Assembly (NCBI RefSeq): GCF_001194135.2
Contig: NC_068981.1
Span: 132,555,043 to 132,619,042, forward strand
DNA: 64,000 nt
Source: Octopus bimaculoides
Taxonomy: Eukaryota
Direction of reading: 5' to 3'
A program made the position numbers and the translations under genes. The notes below the pieces were generated by a model that was not told the DNA's origin, did not search any database, and saw only the letters and a program-made list of their open reading frames with translations. Shown piece after piece: positions 60,158-64,000 of the stretch. How positions within the stretch are numbered: the first letter of the stretch is position 1; every line of letters begins with the position of its first letter.

Positions 60158-62421
60158 TTTAGTCAGCCTGAGGCTATAGTAGAAGATTCTTGCCCAAGGT
60201 GCCACACAGTGGGACTGAACCTGGAACCATGTGGTTAGGAAGCAAGCTTCTTATCACACGACCATGTTATATCTAATCACACAAAACTGAACTAAATTGA
60301 TGTGTGTGTAATGACATTACAACATTTTAGTTTTATTTTTTATTTTATTTTATTTCTTTCAAAAGTTTTAAAGAGAAAAACATCCCTACAATTTATACAC
60401 CTTCAAATTTGTCTTTATTCCTCCTCTCAATCCAGTAGTGGCCAGATTGCTAAACCAATTTACTGTCACAACATGGAGTATAAGACTGCTTTGCCTCTCA
60501 TGGTGTTCACAAAACCTTTATTGATTTACCAGTGATATCAGCTATTTCCATCTCCACCAGTTCCAACATATATGTATCTAACAGCAGTGTGAACTTGCAC
60601 TAGTTATCTTCCTTGACCATCATCACATCACTGAATGGTTGGGTAACAACCTCCAAGATATAGCTCTTAGTGGAAGTATCAGCAACAGTTACATCCTATA
60701 TCAAAAAGATTCTTGAGAAATGCATAAAATAGGCCATACCATTTGGACATTTGCCATCACTGAGGTTCAGTGTGATGAGTTCCAATATCACCATTATGTC
60801 TATAGACACTAAAGGTTGTCGAGTATCTCTCAGGACACTGAAATGATACAAGAATGCATTACACTCTAGGGATTGATTACACCATAACATTTTACTCTTG
60901 CTTGAGTATATGCCAACTCAGAAAGTACCATTGTCAAGCTTGGTACTGATAGGAAATACTGGAAAGCAAATGCGCCAGACTTTACTATGCAGTAGTCAAT
61001 TGAGTGAGATTTCGTTGATTTTGTGTGTCTTCAAACATGTACTCTGTATGTTTCTCAATTAAGTTTTCATTCCAGTTGTGTTGCTTTGTCTTTGACACTA
61101 ATTTGATTTTGAATCCCAAACTGATTATCCATTCCTCCAAAATAAGCTGTGTATGGTCTATGAATGAGGAAGATCCATTAGGATTGGAAAGGATTCTCAT
61201 AGCTAATGTTGCTGTAGTATGTAGTCATAAAATATATGATGATAGTTCAAGTCAGATAATATCCTGGGAAGGCTTCTCAATACTATTTTCAGAGTGGCTA
61301 ATAACCAACTGATGTCATTGAAACTGACATTAGATATGTCTGCTGGAATCCTCCTTATAAGCTGATCTGTAGCAGTGAGGTGATTGTTTTACCTCTACAG
61401 TTGGGCAGAGAAAGTACGTCAATTTTGGCATTGTGCAGTTTGTTAATCAACATGGTGCCAGTTGGTTCTGTGTCCAGTTGTTTCAATTGAAAACAGCAGA
61501 TGGAATGTTTGCTGGTGTGCAACTTGTTTGGTCAAAATGGAATTAAACAATTATTGATGTATGAAGCAGCTTTGAATAAAACATATCTGTTACTTAGTAT
61601 GTTTTCGTGTCCTGCTACTAAAGCACAGCATATCTCCTACATGCAAGTTGGAATATGAATTGATAGCATGTATCATGCTTTCACAAATTGCTTTAGGGCC
61701 GACATAGACATCTTTGTGGTCCTCCTACCTTTTACTCAGCAAAACATTAACAATAGGACTTCTGGATGAACTCAGCTGGTACTCATTTTCAGCTGAGTAG
61801 TCATGAGCAACATGAGATAATACACCTTGCTCAAGGACACACCATGCTCTTCGGTCTGGGTATTGAACCAATGACCTTTCCTTATGGTTACCAGCCCAAC
61901 GCATTGCCCATTAAGCCACACATCATTACATGATTTATTATTAAGGTGGGAGGAAAAAAATAGAAAAATTTGGTTTGTGTTCCTAAGAACCTAGCTACAC
62001 TTAATGAAGAGTATTACAAAGGAATTTCCTAATGTTATTGCTCAGAATGTGTCCAAAGAGCCAGTCTTGTCTGGAGTAACAATATTAATAAAATAATAAG
62101 AAATAACTCCTATTACAGTTACTAACATGAAGTTCACTCGCCTCATTGCTTGTTTATTAATTAGTAAAAAGGAATGTAAACGGCATAACATTCTGCTGCT
62201 TTAATTAGGTTCATTTTCTAAGTTCTGTTTTCCATTAAGTGTAAAGCATCGAAGAAACTATAAATTACTTTCTTTCCTCTAGGTATATTCTCCAGATTTT
62301 GGTTTTGTTTCTGTTATGTACAAAGAGGAGAAGCATAGCTGTATGGGTAACAAGTTTGCTTTGCAGCCAGGTAATCTTGGTTCTGATTCCAATGCATCGT
62401 TTGGCATTGTCTTCTATTAGG

Positions 62422-62468
<47 letters not shown>

Positions 62469-62471
62469 TCC

Positions 62472-62953
62472 TCATCATCATTTAATGTTCATTGTCCATG
62501 CTGGCATGGGTTGGATAGTTTGACCGGGGCTGGCAAGCTGAAGGTTGCACCAGACTCCAGTCTGATTTGGCATGCTTTCTATGGCTGGATGCCTTATGTG
62601 TGTGTGTGAAGGCGTGTGGCTTTGTGGTTAGGCTGTTACGCTCATGGTTGCTAGATTGTGGGTTTGATTTTGTCCAGCATGCTAACAATTGTCAGTTCAC
62701 TGCCTCATGCTACAATTTGGGTGGCCAAACATATACATCTATCCTTGTTTACCTTTTGTGCCAGTGACACATAAACAGCACCCATTACACTCTTGGAGTG
62801 GTTGGCATTAGGAAGGGCATCCAGTTGTAGACACTACGTTAAATCAGACTGGGGTCTGGTGCAGCCCTCCTGCTTACCAGTTCCAGTCAAACTGTCTAAC
62901 CCATGCCAGTATGAAAAGCAGACACTAAATGATGATGATGATGATGATGATGA
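62472..62953. mobile_element. Two RTE 3'UTR fragments in inverted orientation (62472-62600 minus, 62770-62953 plus)
   Basis: Both contain the gcatccag...cagact...ccatgc...aaatgatg tail. Confidence 0.78.
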
Positions 62954-63221
62954 CAACACATGGGACGAATAAGGCCTGAAATAACACTGCACACCTTACA
63001 GTGCATTGAATCATAATATGGTACTGGGCTTATTGTAGGATAATGAGAGAATGGCAAAAGCTTAATAGTGAAAGGTGTTTTGCAGCTTTGGCAGCATGGT
63101 TACATGTTCATTTCTGTGGTAAGAAGTTGTATGTTTAAATTAATTTAAAATTCCTAAACTAAAAGTAATTTTTTTTCAATAATTATTTTCTTACAATATT
63201 CTTACAATATCATCATAATTT

Positions 63222-63432
63222 AAGGCGGCAAGCTAGCAGAGATGTTAGCATGCCAGGCAAAATACTTAGTGGTATTTCATCTGCTGTTACGCTCTGAGTT
63301 CAAATCCCGCTGAGGTCGACTTTGCCTTTCATTCTTTTGGGGTCGATAAATTAAGTACCAGTTACATACTGGGGTCAATCTATTTGACTGGCCCCCTCCA
63401 CCAAAGTTTTGGGCCTTGTGCCTAGAGTAGAA
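63222..63432 (+). mobile_element. SINE-B (gggccttgtgcctagagtaga tail variant)
   Basis: aaggcggcaagctagcaga...gagttcaaatccc...gaggtcgactttgcc. Confidence 0.85.
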
Positions 63433-63822
63433 TTTATGATCCACTTTTAGAAGTCAGAAACAAAACTTAGTCGTGTACGATAAGCTTATCAAACAGTTTA
63501 CATCTCAAAGAAGAATAGAACTTAAATATAAGTATTTTAAGTAAATAAAATTATATGATTTCTTATTTTTCAGCATGTGTGCATAAGAAAATTATGGCTT
63601 ATATTAGAATGCTTACAATTTATAGGGTATTATTAATTAGGTTTACTTTAGTGCTATATATCTGTATCCCAACTGAATTAAGTTTACATTATTTACATTT
63701 TGGATCCCACATTTTGAATTGAAATACACAATTTCTATGCCTAATTTCAATAATATTAATGGTAGTCATAGTATGGTCAGTGTGGCAACACACCTGATGA
63801 CAACAATTACCATACACCACTG

Positions 63823-63858
<36 letters not shown>

Positions 63859-64000
63859 CTGTGTTTGTTTTCTACCACTGCTTGACAACTGGTATTGGTG
63901 TGTTTACAACCCTGTAACTTAGCAGTTCAGCAAAAGAGACTAATAGAATAAATACCAGGCTTTTAAAAAAACAATACTGGGGTTCATTCATTTGACCAAA

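Noticed and set aside
60400-61750. Possible highly decayed LINE ORF on the minus strand (GFKIKLVSKTK, FQYFLS, KWYG)
   Set aside because: Only isolated short motif echoes across many stops. The clade cannot be assigned by eye.

Overview
This is a 64-kb AT-rich eukaryotic scaffold segment with 10 N-gaps. Its repeat content (tRNA-derived CORE-type SINEs carrying internal microsatellites, RTE LINE 3' ends with (GAT)n tails, TTAA MITEs) is most consistent with an octopus genome; this is inferred from recognising the repeat families, not from a search. I found no convincing host protein-coding exon. Every ORF with a recognisable product is transposon-derived: a dead Hsmar1-like mariner, a Tigger deletion derivative, and RTE, Tx1/L1 and CR1-like LINE fragments. 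By eye the window splits into CpG-rich domains (~1-1560 and ~45650-58330) and CpG-poor domains (~1700-45650 and ~58350-64000), which suggests unmethylated intergenic/promoter DNA flanking methylated gene-body introns. The most distinctive signal is a set of four non-autonomous elements with GG/AG termini and 8-bp target-site duplications (Merlin/IS1016-like). All four lie in the CpG-rich domains, and three carry fold-back cores built from telomere-type TTAGGG/CCCTAA repeats, in two opposite polarities. Other notable items are a PHD finger embedded inside an RTE reverse transcriptase, a SINE sharing its tail with a Tx1-clade LINE, tail-swapped CORE-SINEs, several near-perfect local hairpins that could be dsRNA/ADAR substrates, a hAT-MITE-derived ~255-bp tandem array, and a Helentron-like (DINE/HINE) element. 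All alignments were done by eye. The names SINE-A/A2/B/C/D and pB-A/B are my working labels.
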